Below, piece by piece: positions 20,875 to 32,016 of a DNA stretch of 64,000 bases (positions within the stretch are counted from its first letter, which is position 1; every line of letters begins with the position of its first letter). Source of the DNA: Pelagomonas calceolata (lineage: Eukaryota); NCBI GenBank assembly GCA_918797485.1, contig CAKKNE010000004.1, forward strand, positions 744,001 to 808,000, written 5' to 3'. The notes under the pieces are model-generated. The model made no database searches. It saw only the letters and a list, made by a program, of their open reading frames with translations, and was not told the origin of the DNA. The translations under genes were made by a program, and so were the position numbers.

Positions 20875-21295
20875 GGTGCAGGGTTGTGCGCTCTGGTGCT
20901 GTTTGCGGCGTCTGGGGCGCGCGGGACAAGCGGGACTCTTGCCGAAGCAAAAGTTTGTGCGTGCAGTGGTTGCTTGATCTACTCAGCGCGCCAGTCAATT
21001 ATAACTGGGCGCGTGAAATTGCAAGCCAAAGCAGACCGGCGATGTTGGCAGTGCTATGAGGACCTCGGAGCCACATAAAAGTAGCCAGGACCCCTCTCGA
21101 ACGCCCCCCGACGGTTACAGCCGTCGATAAAAGGCCGAAAACCCCGCGCTCTCCTGGCGGGTTTCAGGCTCTCACAACTTGAGACAACTTGAGGGACCAC
21201 AGCTATCGCATAAATGCCCTAAACACACGCGTGAGGCCGTAAACGTGACGCTGCCAAGCACTTGACCGACTGCCAAAGCGCACCGCGGCCGGAGC

Positions 21296-22276
21296 ATGGC
21301 GTCCCAGGCAATGGCAGCGCAGGACGAGGCCGCCGCGGACGTAGCGGTGGCCAAACGCGTCGAAGCCATGCTCAGGCACGAGGGCCTCAACCTGAAAGGA
21401 TCGTCCGACACCCAAGCCTGGGCCTCGCCGTCCGACTTCTGGCGCGACGCGTCGTACCGAGCGACGTGGTACAGCAAAGCAATTGCCTACTGGGAGAACG
21501 ACGCAGAGGTGCCCGCCACGGTCGACGGCGTCCTCGGCGGCTTCGCGTCCTTGGACGCGCCGGACGTGCGCGCGTCGCGGCGCTTCCTCACGCGAGCGCG
21601 GGACGCGGCCGGCCAGAGCGGCGCGTTCGCCGCCGCCGACGTCAGTGACCGTGCGCGAATCAAGATTTCATGGCGCCTTCGCATTCGCCCACGCTGAGCC
21701 AGCACGACCGCTCGCACGCAGGTCGCCGCGGGCATCGGGAGGGTGGCGAAGCACGTGCTGTTGCCGTTAGGCGCTTCCAGTGTGGACGTCCTCGAGCCCG
21801 CGAGGACGTTGCGGGAGGCGGCCTGTGCGTTTGTCGACGCCGTCGATACGGTCGAAGGCATAAAGGTGGGCGGTTCCGCAGCAAAGTGCCGCTTCCTCGC
21901 GGCGCCCATGCAGGACTGGGCGCCATCATCATCATCGTATGACGTGATCTGGGCGCAGTGGTGCGTCGGGCACCTCACCGACGCCCACTTCCTGCGCTTC
22001 CTCCAGAGGTGTCGGACGGCGCTCAAGCCCAAGGGCATCCTCGTCGTAAAAGACAACTGCGGCGAGTCGTCATCCACGGACGACTGTTTTGAAGTTGACG
22101 ATGCCGATCGGAGCATCTGCCGCGGACGCGCCTATCTCGAGGCGCTCCTCGCGCTGAGCGGCGCGGAGTTGCTGTGTACGGCGCTCCAGCCCGTATCCGG
22201 GGAGGAGGCGTTCCCGGCGGATATCTATCCGGTGCGGTCCTACGCGCTGCGCTGGGTTGATGATGGAGTCACGTAA
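21296..22276 (+). CDS. NTMT1: Alpha-N-terminal protein methyltransferase (NTMT1/Tae1 family); exons 21296-21640 and 21722-22276
   Basis: WYSKAIAYW..ATVDGVLGGF; splicing restores ADVAAGIGRV; YDVIWAQWCVGHLTD; VKDN. Confidence 0.85.
21641..21721 (+). mobile_element. Introner-like intron (degenerate)
   Basis: GT-AG, 81 nt; TIR-like ccgtgcgcgaatcaa begins exactly 8 nt after the donor; ends cgcacgcag. Confidence 0.65.
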
Positions 22277-22342
22277 GCACCATGTACACATTTAATTCTC
22301 TCTTGGGCGACTTGAGCGCTCCTGCGACGGCGTCGACGGGGC

Positions 22343-23470
22343 CTACTTCTTCTTGGCCGCGTCGTAGGCCGCGCCCGGGTCCCTAGTCTCCCGGTCCGGC
22401 ATGTCGGCCGAGTAGGACCGCCAGTACTTGAAGCTGTCCGGCCGCGTGAGGTCCCAGGCCCCCTCGAAGGCGTCTCGAACATTGTCGGGAAGGTCCACGA
22501 TGTTCGCGCAGGCGTCGAGGCACGCGTCCAATTGTTCGAGGGAAGACGCGCCGAGCAGCACGCCGTCGTCCTCACGTAAAGCCGAATAATTCAACAACCA
22601 CGCATAGGTCGCCGCGACCATCGATATGTCGGCCTCGGCGCAGGCCAAGCGGATCTTTTCGACGGCTTCGAAATTGCTGTCCGTGTAGAAGCGCGGCAAA
22701 TAGTTGGCGTTGTCCTTGAACCGGCCTGCGTAGGAAGCAACCTTCGAGACGCCATCGACGCGACGCCATCGACGCGACGCATAAGGGGAATTTCCGCCCG
22801 GACAGCGACCGGCGAGGACGTCTGTACCTTGCCTATGCTTGCCGGTTAATAACCCAGCAGCTAAGCCGTTGTAGGCCACGAAGCGTACATTTTTCTCTCG
22901 CAAGAAAGGTAGTAAGTCGTCTTCCACTAATCTATTGAGAGGGTTGTACAACCCTTGATAGAACGTCGGAAAGGCCAGACCGTACTCGTCGCAAATGTCA
23001 AAGGCCCTTTTCACTTCGTCGACGTGAAAATTCGACAGGCCGACTTCTCTCACTACGTTCATCCCCACAAGGACATCTACCGTCTGCAGAGTGTCTACTA
23101 ATGAGTTGAGGGGGTCGGGCTGATGTAAAAAGTATTCATCTAAGGCTCCGTCCATTTGGAGAGCGTTTCTGGAAGCGTCGAACTGGCCGTGAATACCTTC
23201 CGGGGAGAGGCCCTTGTCTGATGAAGGTGCCGCCTTCGAGCCTAACCGCCAGTCACTAATACCGGAGCGTTCGATCGCTTCCCGCACATGAGATTCGCCT
23301 TTACCATTGGCGTAGATGCGCGCCGTGTCGAGACGGTCGCCTCCATGAGCTGCGAAGCGTTTCAGCATTTCTGCTGCCACCGGCGCGTCGCATACGCTTG
23401 AAGCCTGGGCCCAGCCGAAGTTCATCGTGCCCAGGTAGACGCGGGCGGCGTTCAGCGTGCGTGCGACCAT
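22343..23470 (-). CDS. Aldo-keto reductase, AKR7 (aflatoxin aldehyde reductase)-like; probable in-frame intron 22726-22809
   Basis: LGTMNFG, DTARIY, FLHQPD, GLSNF, YQGLYN, AYNGLAAGLLTGK; splicing gives DVLAGRFKDN. Confidence 0.85.
   Translation of the reverse strand: MVARTLNAARVYLGTMNFGWAQASSVCDAPVAAEMLKRFAAHGGDRLDTARIYANGKGESHVREAIERSGISDWRLGSKAAPSSDKGLSPEGIHGQFDASRNALQMDGALDEYFLHQPDPLNSLVDTLQTVDVLVGMNVVREVGLSNFHVDEVKRAFDICDEYGLAFPTFYQGLYNPLNRLVEDDLLPFLREKNVRFVAYNGLAAGLLTGKHRQGTDVLAGRCPGGNSPYASRRWRRVDGVSKVASYAGRFKDNANYLPRFYTDSNFEAVEKIRLACAEADISMVAATYAWLLNYSALREDDGVLLGASSLEQLDACLDACANIVDLPDNVRDAFEGAWDLTRPDSFKYWRSYSADMPDRETRDPGAAYDAAKKK
22726..22809 (-). mobile_element. Introner-like intron, 84 nt (in frame, stop-free)
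   Basis: gtcgctgt + TIR-like ccgggcggaaatt ... ttgcttcctacgcag; internal tandem gacgccatcgacgc twice; duplicated AGR codons on both sides. Confidence 0.7.
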
Positions 23471-23860
23471 GGTTGAGCTGCTGAGCTGCCGCCGCGGCTG
23501 GCGCGCTGGGCTGGCTGGAGGAGCTGGCAGGCCTGCCGGCTGGCTGGTCCCGCCGGGTGCACCCGCCGGCGCTGGCGGGCTTGTGCGGGTTTTACAGCTG
23601 GCGGGCCGGTGCCGGCTGGCCGGTTGCCCTCCTACTGGCCGCCCGTGCTCGCTGGTTGGCAGCACACCTGCAGCACTGAGAGAGCAAAACGGGTTTACGC
23701 GCAAAATCGCCGCAAACGCGCAGACGCGGGCTAATCTCTCTGTACAACACGCGCAGCAGTCGTACGGCACGCTGCTGTGCCGAAAGAACCAGTCGTGCGG
23801 CTGATCAGGAGCACTGCCAAAGCAATCACCCTGTGAGAGCACCACGCCATCGACGCGACC

Positions 23861-24756
23861 ATGCATAAACTCATCGCCGCGATACTGCTGCTGCAAACAA
23901 CCGCATGGGGGCCCCAAGACAAGGCGACGAAGCTGCCGCGCCTCTGGCTCCCGACGGCGACACCAGTAATAGCGGGCGAGACGAGCTGGCCCCTCGACGC
24001 GGCCCAGCGGCGCAAGCTGGGCAAGGTGCTGCGGTTGCGACGGGGCGACGAGCTCCGCGTGTTTGATGGTGGTATGGGGGAGTGGCTCGCCTCATATGAA
24101 GACGACCGCGTCGTCGCGAAAGAACGGACGCGGGAGCCCACGCCAGCTACGCCTCTGGAGCTCTTCTTCGCTCCGATAAAAAAGAAGCGCACTTCGTTAT
24201 TGATCGAGAAGGCCGTGGAGCTCGGCGCGACGCGGCTCCGGCCGGTGACGACCGGTGTCCGACTTTAGGTCTGCACCGCCTCGACGCCATCGACGCGCCG
24301 CCTTCTGGCGGCTCGATGTCGTGGCTGTCGCCCGCCACGCCATCGACGCGACTCACCACGCAGGTGAGAACGCAGCGCACGGAACGCGCGTCCATCCAGG
24401 CGCTCCCGGCGCCGGGCTTTACAACCGCCGCCGTCGCCGCCTCTGAGCAGAGCGAGCGCCTCGACGTGCCGTTGTTGGAGGCCATCGTGGCTACGGAAGC
24501 GGTGAAGACGGACCTGCCGTTATATGTGTGCGCGGCGCGCGCCGACGGCAAGGCGCCGCACTTGTTAGATGTTGTGACGGGCCCGTGCGCTGTCCTCGTG
24601 GGGCCCGAGGGCGGTTTAACTGATGACGACCTCGCCGCGATCAGTGCCGCGAAACCGGACGCCGTCGCCGTCACGCTCGGGCCCGCTGTTTTGAGAGCGG
24701 AGACCGCGGCGTGCGTGGCGTTGGCGTTTGCGGGTGGGGCGTTGCGGGATAGGTAA
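23861..24756 (+). CDS. rsmE: Organellar 16S rRNA m3U1498 methyltransferase, RsmE family; exons 23861-24244 and 24364-24756
   Basis: VLRLRRGDELRVFDG, IEKAVELG, AASEQSER, VGPEGG, LGPAVLRAETA. Confidence 0.85.
24245..24363 (+). mobile_element. Introner-like intron, 119 nt
   Basis: GT-AG; 8-nt TSD gtgacgac / gtgagaac; two internal acgccatcgacgcg copies; removal restores the frame (RPVRTQRT). Confidence 0.75.
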
Positions 24757-24826
24757 TTTTGTTGTTCTGTGCTCCGAGTACCGCTTCCTCGATGGCGTCG
24801 GGGCTGATGGACAGTATACGGCGTAG

Positions 24827-25268
24827 TTAGACGGAGTGCACGCGCCCCGCGATCGCGTCGCCGCAGGTCGTCGGTCCCCCGATTTCGTTCTCGTCAATCA
24901 CTGAGCAGCGCGCCGCCGCGAGGCACGCCCCGACGGCGTCGAGGCCGGCGCAGGCGCCGCGGTACTCCGCGACGGCGTCGATGATGAGGAACGGCTCGTC
25001 CTCGCCGCAGGCCGCGTAGTACGTCGCGGCGCCGTCGGCGTAGCGGTAGCAGCGGCGGGATGGTGTGGGGTAGGTCGTCGGTACGGCCGTCGGCGTCTGG
25101 TCATCGGCGTCGAGGCGCGCGAACGCGGCCTCGACGAAGTTGGCGAGTGCGCGTTTCTGGCGGTCTCTGTCCCGGGCGGCCGCCTCGATGCGTTCCGCCC
25201 ACTGTTTGTCGATGAGCTGCGTGAGAATCGTCTCGGCTCTTGCCAGATTGTCGGCATTTCTCCTCATG
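24827..25268 (-). CDS. Hypothetical protein or gene fragment
   Basis: Coding-like codon usage; no recognisable domain; abuts an oppositely oriented fragment. Confidence 0.3.
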
Positions 25269-25289
25269 GTGTCGAGTTTTTTTTGGTCC

Positions 25290-25562
25290 TCCGAGAAGTT
25301 CCTCGGCGCCAAGTCGACGACGCTCTCGGACGCCGTCTCCGGCGACACGGCCACGACGAACGCGGTCATCACCTTCGCGGCCTACGTCACGTCCATCGTC
25401 TCCGGCGAGGCCTTCGGCGCCACCGAGACGGCGGCCGCCCTCTGGATCGCGTCCGCTGTCCTCAAGTTAAAGGATGCTGGTATTGACGCCGACTCGATCA
25501 AGGACAACGCGGTGAACATCATCATCGCGACGGTCATGGGCGTCATCGCCTTCGCGGAGTAG
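25290..25562 (+). pseudogene. 5'-truncated fragment of a hydrophobic protein
   Basis: Strong GC3 bias and hydrophobic helices up to TAG 25562, but no plausible 5' part. Confidence 0.3.
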
Positions 25563-25642
25563 ATCCCCCCCCATATCTATCCCTGCTGGAAGTCCCGAGT
25601 AAGTATTGGACTCGCAAACGACTAGCACACATCACCAATTAC

Positions 25643-27019
25643 TCAGTGGTCCTTAATGACACCAGACGTCATGTGGAAGCCCGGCGCGCCCCGGAGCTTC
25701 TTCTTCTTTTTGAGAGGCCGTTTAGCCGCCGTGGGCATGCCCTCGCCGCCCATGCACCGCCCGATGTCGGCCTCGCCGTCGTGATTGGGAGGCGAGCCGG
25801 AGCGCGTGTTGCACTGGATCGAATATTTCAAGGACGTGATGTAGTGGATCCAGTACGACGGGATGTAGAGGATTTCGCCTTCCCTGAGGACGGTGTCGAT
25901 CGCGCCCGCGGTCTCCGGCGAGAATGCGGAGCGCGCCTGGTGCTCGTGGCTCCAGTCAATTTCTGAATGGCGAAACGACGGGTGCTTCCTATCCCTTATC
26001 AAGTTGAGATGAGCACACGACGTCGGCGGCGTCAATATGTAGCGCTTGGCGCCTCGGAGCATGGCCACCATGTTCCGGCCGCCGTCGTAGTGCGCCTCCG
26101 CGATGACCCCTCGCATCCCAAACCGACACTGGATGCCCTTGTTCTTCCGGATGTCCGTCACGAAGAAGTTTTCCGTGCCAGGCGTGAAGCACGGTAAGTC
26201 TTTTGTGACGAAGTGACTTCTGCGGACGGACGACCCTCGCAACAACGCCGAGAGAGGCGGCGTGCCCATCATGAGGTAGCGGTGCTGGGCCTCCGGGCCG
26301 AGTTCGCGGTCGTCCGCGCCTCTCGCAAAAGCCAACCAGTCCGCGAACGTGCTGTGGACGATGTCCGTCGGCGGGGCCCAATCCGGGTAAGCCCTTCGGC
26401 CGGACGCGGACGGGCTCCGCCAGTACATGAAGTGGTTGTTCTCTGACTCCTCGACCTTGAACTGGTTGCCCTTCCTGTCGAATTGTTCTGTTAAATAAAC
26501 ATCAGTCCACGCGTCCCGCGCATATTCAACGTCCGGCACGTCGTAGATCTTGAAGGGCACCTCCGCGTTCCGGTAGGCCTCCGCTAGCGACCGTTCGTGC
26601 GGGTCCGAGTAGTTGAGGACGGCCAGCGTCTCCTTGAAAGGTACGGGCATCGTCACGTTGTCGGGGTTCCACCGCTGCACGATCTCCCATAAATTCGTGA
26701 GCTGCGGGTACGACGAATCGTAGGGTTTGGCGGGGGGTTTCGTGAATCTGCCTTTTGCCGACCAGTCTCCGAATTGGATCAATTCCGGCGAGTGGGGCTC
26801 CGCGTGGATGTGGTGCCGCTCCGCGGCGGCCGCGTCCAAGTCGTCGTCGCCTACGGCTCTTTTTGAGGGCCTAGGCGGCCGCGGCGGGCCGTGGTGCGGG
26901 GCGTCGTGGCCGCCGTGGTGGTGGATTGCGGGCCGGCGGTGCTGCCGTCCCACCAATATGCCTAGATAAGTCGTGCAGGCGACGGCCGCGAGGGCCGCGC
27001 TGTACTTGATGCACGTCAT
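25643..27019 (-). CDS. Membrane-anchored JmjC/cupin-like Fe(II)/2OG oxygenase
   Basis: N-terminal TM; AHYD (HxD), GAKRYIL.PP, LREGEILYIPSYWIH. Confidence 0.8.
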   Translation of the reverse strand: MTCIKYSAALAAVACTTYLGILVGRQHRRPAIHHHGGHDAPHHGPPRPPRPSKRAVGDDDLDAAAAERHHIHAEPHSPELIQFGDWSAKGRFTKPPAKPYDSSYPQLTNLWEIVQRWNPDNVTMPVPFKETLAVLNYSDPHERSLAEAYRNAEVPFKIYDVPDVEYARDAWTDVYLTEQFDRKGNQFKVEESENNHFMYWRSPSASGRRAYPDWAPPTDIVHSTFADWLAFARGADDRELGPEAQHRYLMMGTPPLSALLRGSSVRRSHFVTKDLPCFTPGTENFFVTDIRKNKGIQCRFGMRGVIAEAHYDGGRNMVAMLRGAKRYILTPPTSCAHLNLIRDRKHPSFRHSEIDWSHEHQARSAFSPETAGAIDTVLREGEILYIPSYWIHYITSLKYSIQCNTRSGSPPNHDGEADIGRCMGGEGMPTAAKRPLKKKKKLRGAPGFHMTSGVIKDH

Positions 27020-27274
27020 TGTTCGCTGCGTTGGCGGCGAGATGTCCGCTGCGTCGGCGGCGTCGGCGCGTCAGCGGGTCGGCGGCGGCGGCCGGCGTCC
27101 CTGGTCACGGCAGCGGTGGAGTCGCTTTCGGGTGTGCTGGCGCGAGCGAGCGAACCGAGGAGTGCTTGGGCTACCGAGCTGCTGTCACTATTCTACGCGT
27201 CTTGCGAGATCTTTCTAGCCTAGGGCAGAGGCGCGTGCGCGGATGCGCTGCTGCGCTCTCTTTAACAAGCGTAA

Positions 27275-27293
27275 GCTAGCGGTAAGACACTAG
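27275..27293. promoter_or_regulatory. CTAG-bounded upstream motif, short variant
   Basis: gctagcggtaagacactag in the divergent gap 27019(-)/27551(+). Confidence 0.55.
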
Positions 27294-27550
27294 CAACCAG
27301 CCACAAAACTCAGCTTTTGCAAGCGCGTGAAGGCGCACGAGTTGTGAAACGCAGCTACTGTTACGCATTCGTCGACGCCAGCGCTGCGGCGGCTTCCGCA
27401 CCCACTCGTATTGCCCCAAACACCGGCCGCAAGGCACAACCAGCTGCAGATTCGACATACGCATTGCGCTGCGGGCGGCCGCACGACGAATTCAGACTCC
27501 AAAACGCCTGAGCAAAGACCAGCGCCTCACGCCATCGAGCAGCGCGCATC

Positions 27551-28828
27551 ATGCGCGCACCTAGAATAGCCGCAACGCACCAGGAATGCAAGGTCGTCAA
27601 GATCAGCGGCGTAGCCATGGCCCTCTGGTTTTTACTGGTTCTCTTCGCGACCGAGAGCAACAAGGCGCCACCGCCGGAAGCGATGCCGAGCCGCGCCAAT
27701 GAGTACTGCTCGGCGCCGCTGACGAGCGGCGACGAGGGCGGCAGCGACGTGACGTCTGTCACGGTCGTCGTGCGCCATGGCGCGCGGTCCGGCATTGCCA
27801 CAGAAGTTCAGGACTGGAAGTGCGGCCTCGGAGCCTTGAAATCGCACGTCAAGCGGTGGGAGGCCGCGTCGGGCAACGAGCTAACACCTGAAACGAGCCA
27901 CGGCACCTGCGAGAAGGGCCAGCTCGTCGCGCGCGGCTTCCGCCAACATAAGAGGCTGGGCGCGTTCCTCCGAAGTCGCTACGGCGGCACTTCATGGCAA
28001 GTAACTACCCGCTCCACGAACTACCAGCGCACGAAGGCGTCGGCTTCAGCGTTCCTCGACGGCTTCTTCGGCGGACGCGTGCCCAAAGACGCGTGGCCGT
28101 CCTTCCGAGAAAACGCTTCGGAAGAGCCGATGTTCGGGGTCGAGGGCGAGGACGGCAAGGGCATCCGCTGCGTGAGAGCTGCGGCGGACGCCAAGCGGCA
28201 GCGCGAGGCGTGGCAACCCGGCGAGCTCGCCGACGCCGTTGCGAGTATCGAAGACGCGGCTTGGAATCCTACGGACGTGGCCGACGTCGCGTACTCGCGC
28301 CACTGCGAGAAGACCGGCTGTCTGAGGGACGGGCACGCCGGTCTGGGGGACGGGCAAGGTTGCGTCACCGGTTCTAAAGCGGAGGCTTTGTTCAGACTCG
28401 CGGACAAATTTTACTACGGTCGGTATAATGGTAATGACGGCGGCCGGGCCGCATCTAGATTGGGAATGCACCCCTTCCTCTCGGAGCTGTTGCGGAACTT
28501 CAAGGACGACTCTGAGTCTTCAGAAAAGCGCCTGCGCCTCTACGCGGGCCACGACACGGTCGTCGCGCCGCTCCTGGCGGCGCTAGGCGTATTTGATGGG
28601 AAATGGCCGCCGCTCGCGTCGCGCATCGTCTTCGAGCTTAGGGAAGGCGGGGCGCTGCGCATCTTGTTCAACGGCCGCGACGTGTCTGGCGAGGTGTGCG
28701 GCGCGGTCGGGGACGATCTGGAAGGAGGGCCGCCCGGCGCGCGCGGCTGCGACGTGGCGGCCTTCGAGGCGCGCGTCGCGGCGTTGCTGGGCGGCGCGGC
28801 GTCGTTCGACGAGGCGTGCGGGAACTGA
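27551..28828 (+). CDS. Histidine acid phosphatase (secreted/lysosomal type)
   Basis: RHGAR, RSTNYQRT, YAGHDT motifs; signal-like MALWFLLVLFA (the true start may be this downstream ATG). Confidence 0.85.
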   Translation: MRAPRIAATHQECKVVKISGVAMALWFLLVLFATESNKAPPPEAMPSRANEYCSAPLTSGDEGGSDVTSVTVVVRHGARSGIATEVQDWKCGLGALKSHVKRWEAASGNELTPETSHGTCEKGQLVARGFRQHKRLGAFLRSRYGGTSWQVTTRSTNYQRTKASASAFLDGFFGGRVPKDAWPSFRENASEEPMFGVEGEDGKGIRCVRAAADAKRQREAWQPGELADAVASIEDAAWNPTDVADVAYSRHCEKTGCLRDGHAGLGDGQGCVTGSKAEALFRLADKFYYGRYNGNDGGRAASRLGMHPFLSELLRNFKDDSESSEKRLRLYAGHDTVVAPLLAALGVFDGKWPPLASRIVFELREGGALRILFNGRDVSGEVCGAVGDDLEGGPPGARGCDVAAFEARVAALLGGAASFDEACGN

Positions 28829-28882
28829 GCACTGTTGTCTGCTAAGTGTTGTTGTCCATAATTACCTTGGGTTGCTGACCAT

Positions 28883-29412
28883 TTACCCACTCCCCGGCGA
28901 CGGCTGCGTTTCTTCGCGGGCGCGGAGCGCCGCTCGCGCGTTTAGTAGGGTGGCCTCAATTTCCGTTGTGAGCGGGTGCGCGCCACCCATCACACGACGC
29001 GCGGTCCTTGCCGTCTCTTCGAGCGTCGTCACGGCCTCGCGGACATCGTCGAGCGTGGCGGCGGGGTCCACGAAGAGCGCGGCCGCCAACATCTTCCTCA
29101 TCTTGAGCGTAATTTCATCACCGTCTCCAAGAACGCGTCGTGCCACGGGTATCACTTTGCGAAACAGTGGTATGACTTCTTCGAAGCGCCGTAGAACACC
29201 AAGGGACCCCGCGTAGTTGTTGGCCGCTATGAGTGTATCTCTAGTTTCCTCGCCGTAGCGCTTCAAACGTTCGGAGTATACGTCCCGTCTCATGCGCATG
29301 GCCTCTTCAATCCGTCCAACTTTTGCATACGTGTTCGCCAGATTGCTCTGCAGCGCGAGAATGTTATCGTAATGTAAGCCAAGTCGCTGATGCAAAGACA
29401 ACAGGGCCTCTG
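28883..29412 (-). pseudogene. 5'-truncated copy of the MYND/RING/TPR family (TPR part only)
   Basis: NLANTY..NNYA..IPVARRVLG..ITLKMR..ATLDDVREAVTT..GGAHP is homologous to the C-terminal half of 4395-5525. Confidence 0.75.
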
Positions 29413-29599
29413 CCAGGATGACGGCGCCACGCTCGACGATGTCCGCGAGGCCGTGACGACGCTCGAGGACGCGGAACGGATCGCGCGGCGCGTGCTCGGT
29501 GGCGCGCATCCGACCACAGAACGGATCGAGGACGAATTACGAGAAGCGCGTGCCGCGCTTCGCGCCCGCGAAGCAACGCAGCCGTCAAGGGGCGCCTAG
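29408..29599 (+). pseudogene. Second, shorter 5'-truncated copy of the same family, opposite strand
   Basis: LCQDDGATLDDVREAVTTLEDAERIARRVLGGAHPTT..ARAALRARE. Confidence 0.75.
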
Positions 29600-29694
29600 G
29601 AACGCCATCGACGCAACATAGAAGTATAGAATAGGAGAGGCTACCTTTAAACATCCGGGCCCAGACACAGCAAGCCGAGAGGAGGGGAGAAAAA

Positions 29695-32016
29695 TCAGGC
29701 GGCCGCCTTCGCCGGCCGCTTCAGCGCGCGGACCGCGTTTAGGGGCGACGCGCCGGCCACGACCGCCGCCGCGACACCGGCAAGGAACAGCTTCGCGAAG
29801 GCCACCATACCAACCAGTAAAGCGTCGCGCAGGTACCACATCGCCGCACAAAGACCTGCAACGCCGACCAGCGCCCGCGACCGGCCCACTTCTGAAGAAG
29901 ACGAGAACCCGCCCCCCACACTGTTCATGACCTCCGTCGCCCGCGACAGTACGACCGGCGCCTTTTCGACCAAATACGTCAGTCCATCGGGATTCTCCGG
30001 TAGTAATAATAAAGCAGAAGATATAGGATCGGGATTCTCGGCATTTAGCCGTTGGAGCGCCTTCCTCGCTTCCGGGTACCATATCGTAACCGCAGAAACA
30101 TCCGCATCTAATTTCTCGAAGGATTTCCGGAGCGTGCCGCAAACCCGCCCGTAAAAGACCATTTCTCGCGGCGTATCCGTAAGAACAGGCATGCTTGCAG
30201 GTTTATGTTGGATGGCGTCCTTCAGGATCTCCATCGCCTCCGGTCGCACGACGCCGGAGCCCGTCGTCGACGAGTCGAAGAAGTAGTACAGTAAGGCTAG
30301 CTTGAGCTCCGGGTCCTCGGTGTTAAAACCGAAGCCGGAACCTCGCAATGCTTGGTCGATCAGCGTCTGGGACCGAGTTCGTAGCAGTACCACTAACTGA
30401 CAGACAGTACGTAATTGAGGTTTGGTCAAAGTCGTACACTGCCCAAAATCTATCAAGCCAGGCTTCAGCTCCTCACCGACGAGCATGATGTTGCCCGGGT
30501 GGGGATCGGCGTGGAAGAACCGCTCGCGGAACAGCGTCACGCCAATCGCGTGCGTGATGTCCTTACAAGCATCAATAGCTTTCTGTCGCACGGCCGGGTC
30601 GGAGACGTCGCAGTTGCCCATCGTCGTTCCTGTTAAGAATGTTTGTGTGAGTACTGATGAACTACTAAGTTCATCAATCACCACAGGGATGGCGATGTCG
30701 AGGCCGTGCCGCTTCTGGTAGAGGCGTTGTTTTTTCAGATGTCTCGCTTCTATGCGTAAATCTAGCTCCCTAGGAAAACATTCAACTTCCTCGTCCATGA
30801 TCGCGTTGATGGTCCCCTTCATGGGCAGCTTGAGGATCCAGGTGATCTGCTGGGCCTGCGGTCGCGCGACGCGTCGGCGCTCGTGCCATCACGACGACGC
30901 CGCCTTCATGATATTCAGACGCCGAGTCCGCACCGCCTTCCGCGCGTTTTTGAGGTCCGCGATGAGGTACCTTCTTATTTCGGGATAGATGGCCTTCACG
31001 ACGACGCGCTCGCCGGCGTAGGTCGTCGCGAGGTGGACCTGGCCGATCGACGCCGCGGCTAAGGGTGTCTGATCGACTGCCGCGAAGTAGGCCCCGAGAC
31101 CTTTCCCTTCTCCTACGGGAGGAACGCCCTCGCCCTCTAATCCGCGAAGGAGCATCTTCGACATCTGGGCCCACTCCCGGAACGGCATGCCTTCAAAGCT
31201 ATGTTTGAGCTCGTCGACCCAGGCCTGGGGCACGAGGCCGTCGCGCGTCGCCCAGTCCTGCGCGAGCTTGTTGTAGAGCCCGCCCATGCTATCAAAGAGC
31301 TTCCGAATAGCTTTGGCTTCCCGCTCGTGGGCCTCGTCCCACATGGCCGTGCGCTCGTCGTAGTAGGCCTCCCGGTCCACTCCTTTCAACTGTTTCCTCA
31401 TCTTCGCGACCTTCTTTTTCACTCGTAGATACCTCATAACTATAGGGTATAAGCCGGTCATGAACTTGGCGTTCCTCGCGGACTGGGTCATCCAGGACGA
31501 GCCCTTGATCGTGACCTTCGGGTCCGTGAGGCCCTTGACCTCCTCGCGGTCGACGGCCAGCAGCGCCTCCCGGACGTCCTCCTCGCTCATATCTTCGATG
31601 TCCTTGGCTACGCTGATCTCTCTTTGGCTGAGACGTCGTGTCGGATCCACGGAAGCGGTGAAGACTAGTGGACCTCGTTTTGATAGTTCTAGAAACGCTT
31701 CTCTAGACATAAATCTCCGGTCGCCTGATCTTGATCGTTTCTCCAAGTCAGCTACAGGAGCAAACACGACCTCTTCGGGGGCCTGCCAGCGCGGCCCGCC
31801 CTCCAGAGCTACGGACGCGACGCCCTTCGTCGAGCCTCGCTTCGACACGTATCTCACAAAGACCGCAACAAAATCTCTATCTTCATCACCCCAGCCGTCC
31901 CGGTAGACGTCGAGACAGAACTCGTGCTTGCCCTTCGTGAAAATTGGAGAGGAGCTTTTGACTTTAAAGCCCTTCCTCAGGTCGGTGAGTGCGACGCGCC
32001 AGGTGAGGGGCGCCAT
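29695..32016 (-). CDS. ABC1/UbiB atypical kinase with N-terminal MATH-like domain; exons 32016-30934 and 30855-29695
   Basis: MGGLYNKLAQ, PLAAASIGQVHLA, VVVK, RELDLRIEA, FFHADPHPGNI, IDFG. N-terminal TWRV..SPIFTKGKHEFCLDVYRDG..FVAVFV is MATH-like. A 78-nt GT-AG intron joins the two ORFs. Confidence 0.85.

Noticed and set aside
21074..21096. cataaaa...ccaggacccctc similarity with 50849-50892
   Set aside because: Only two short copies; cannot be distinguished from chance.
23471..23917. N-terminal extension of the aldo-keto reductase ORF
   Set aside because: Low-complexity promoter sequence overlapping the divergent RsmE start; AKR homology begins at ATG 23470.
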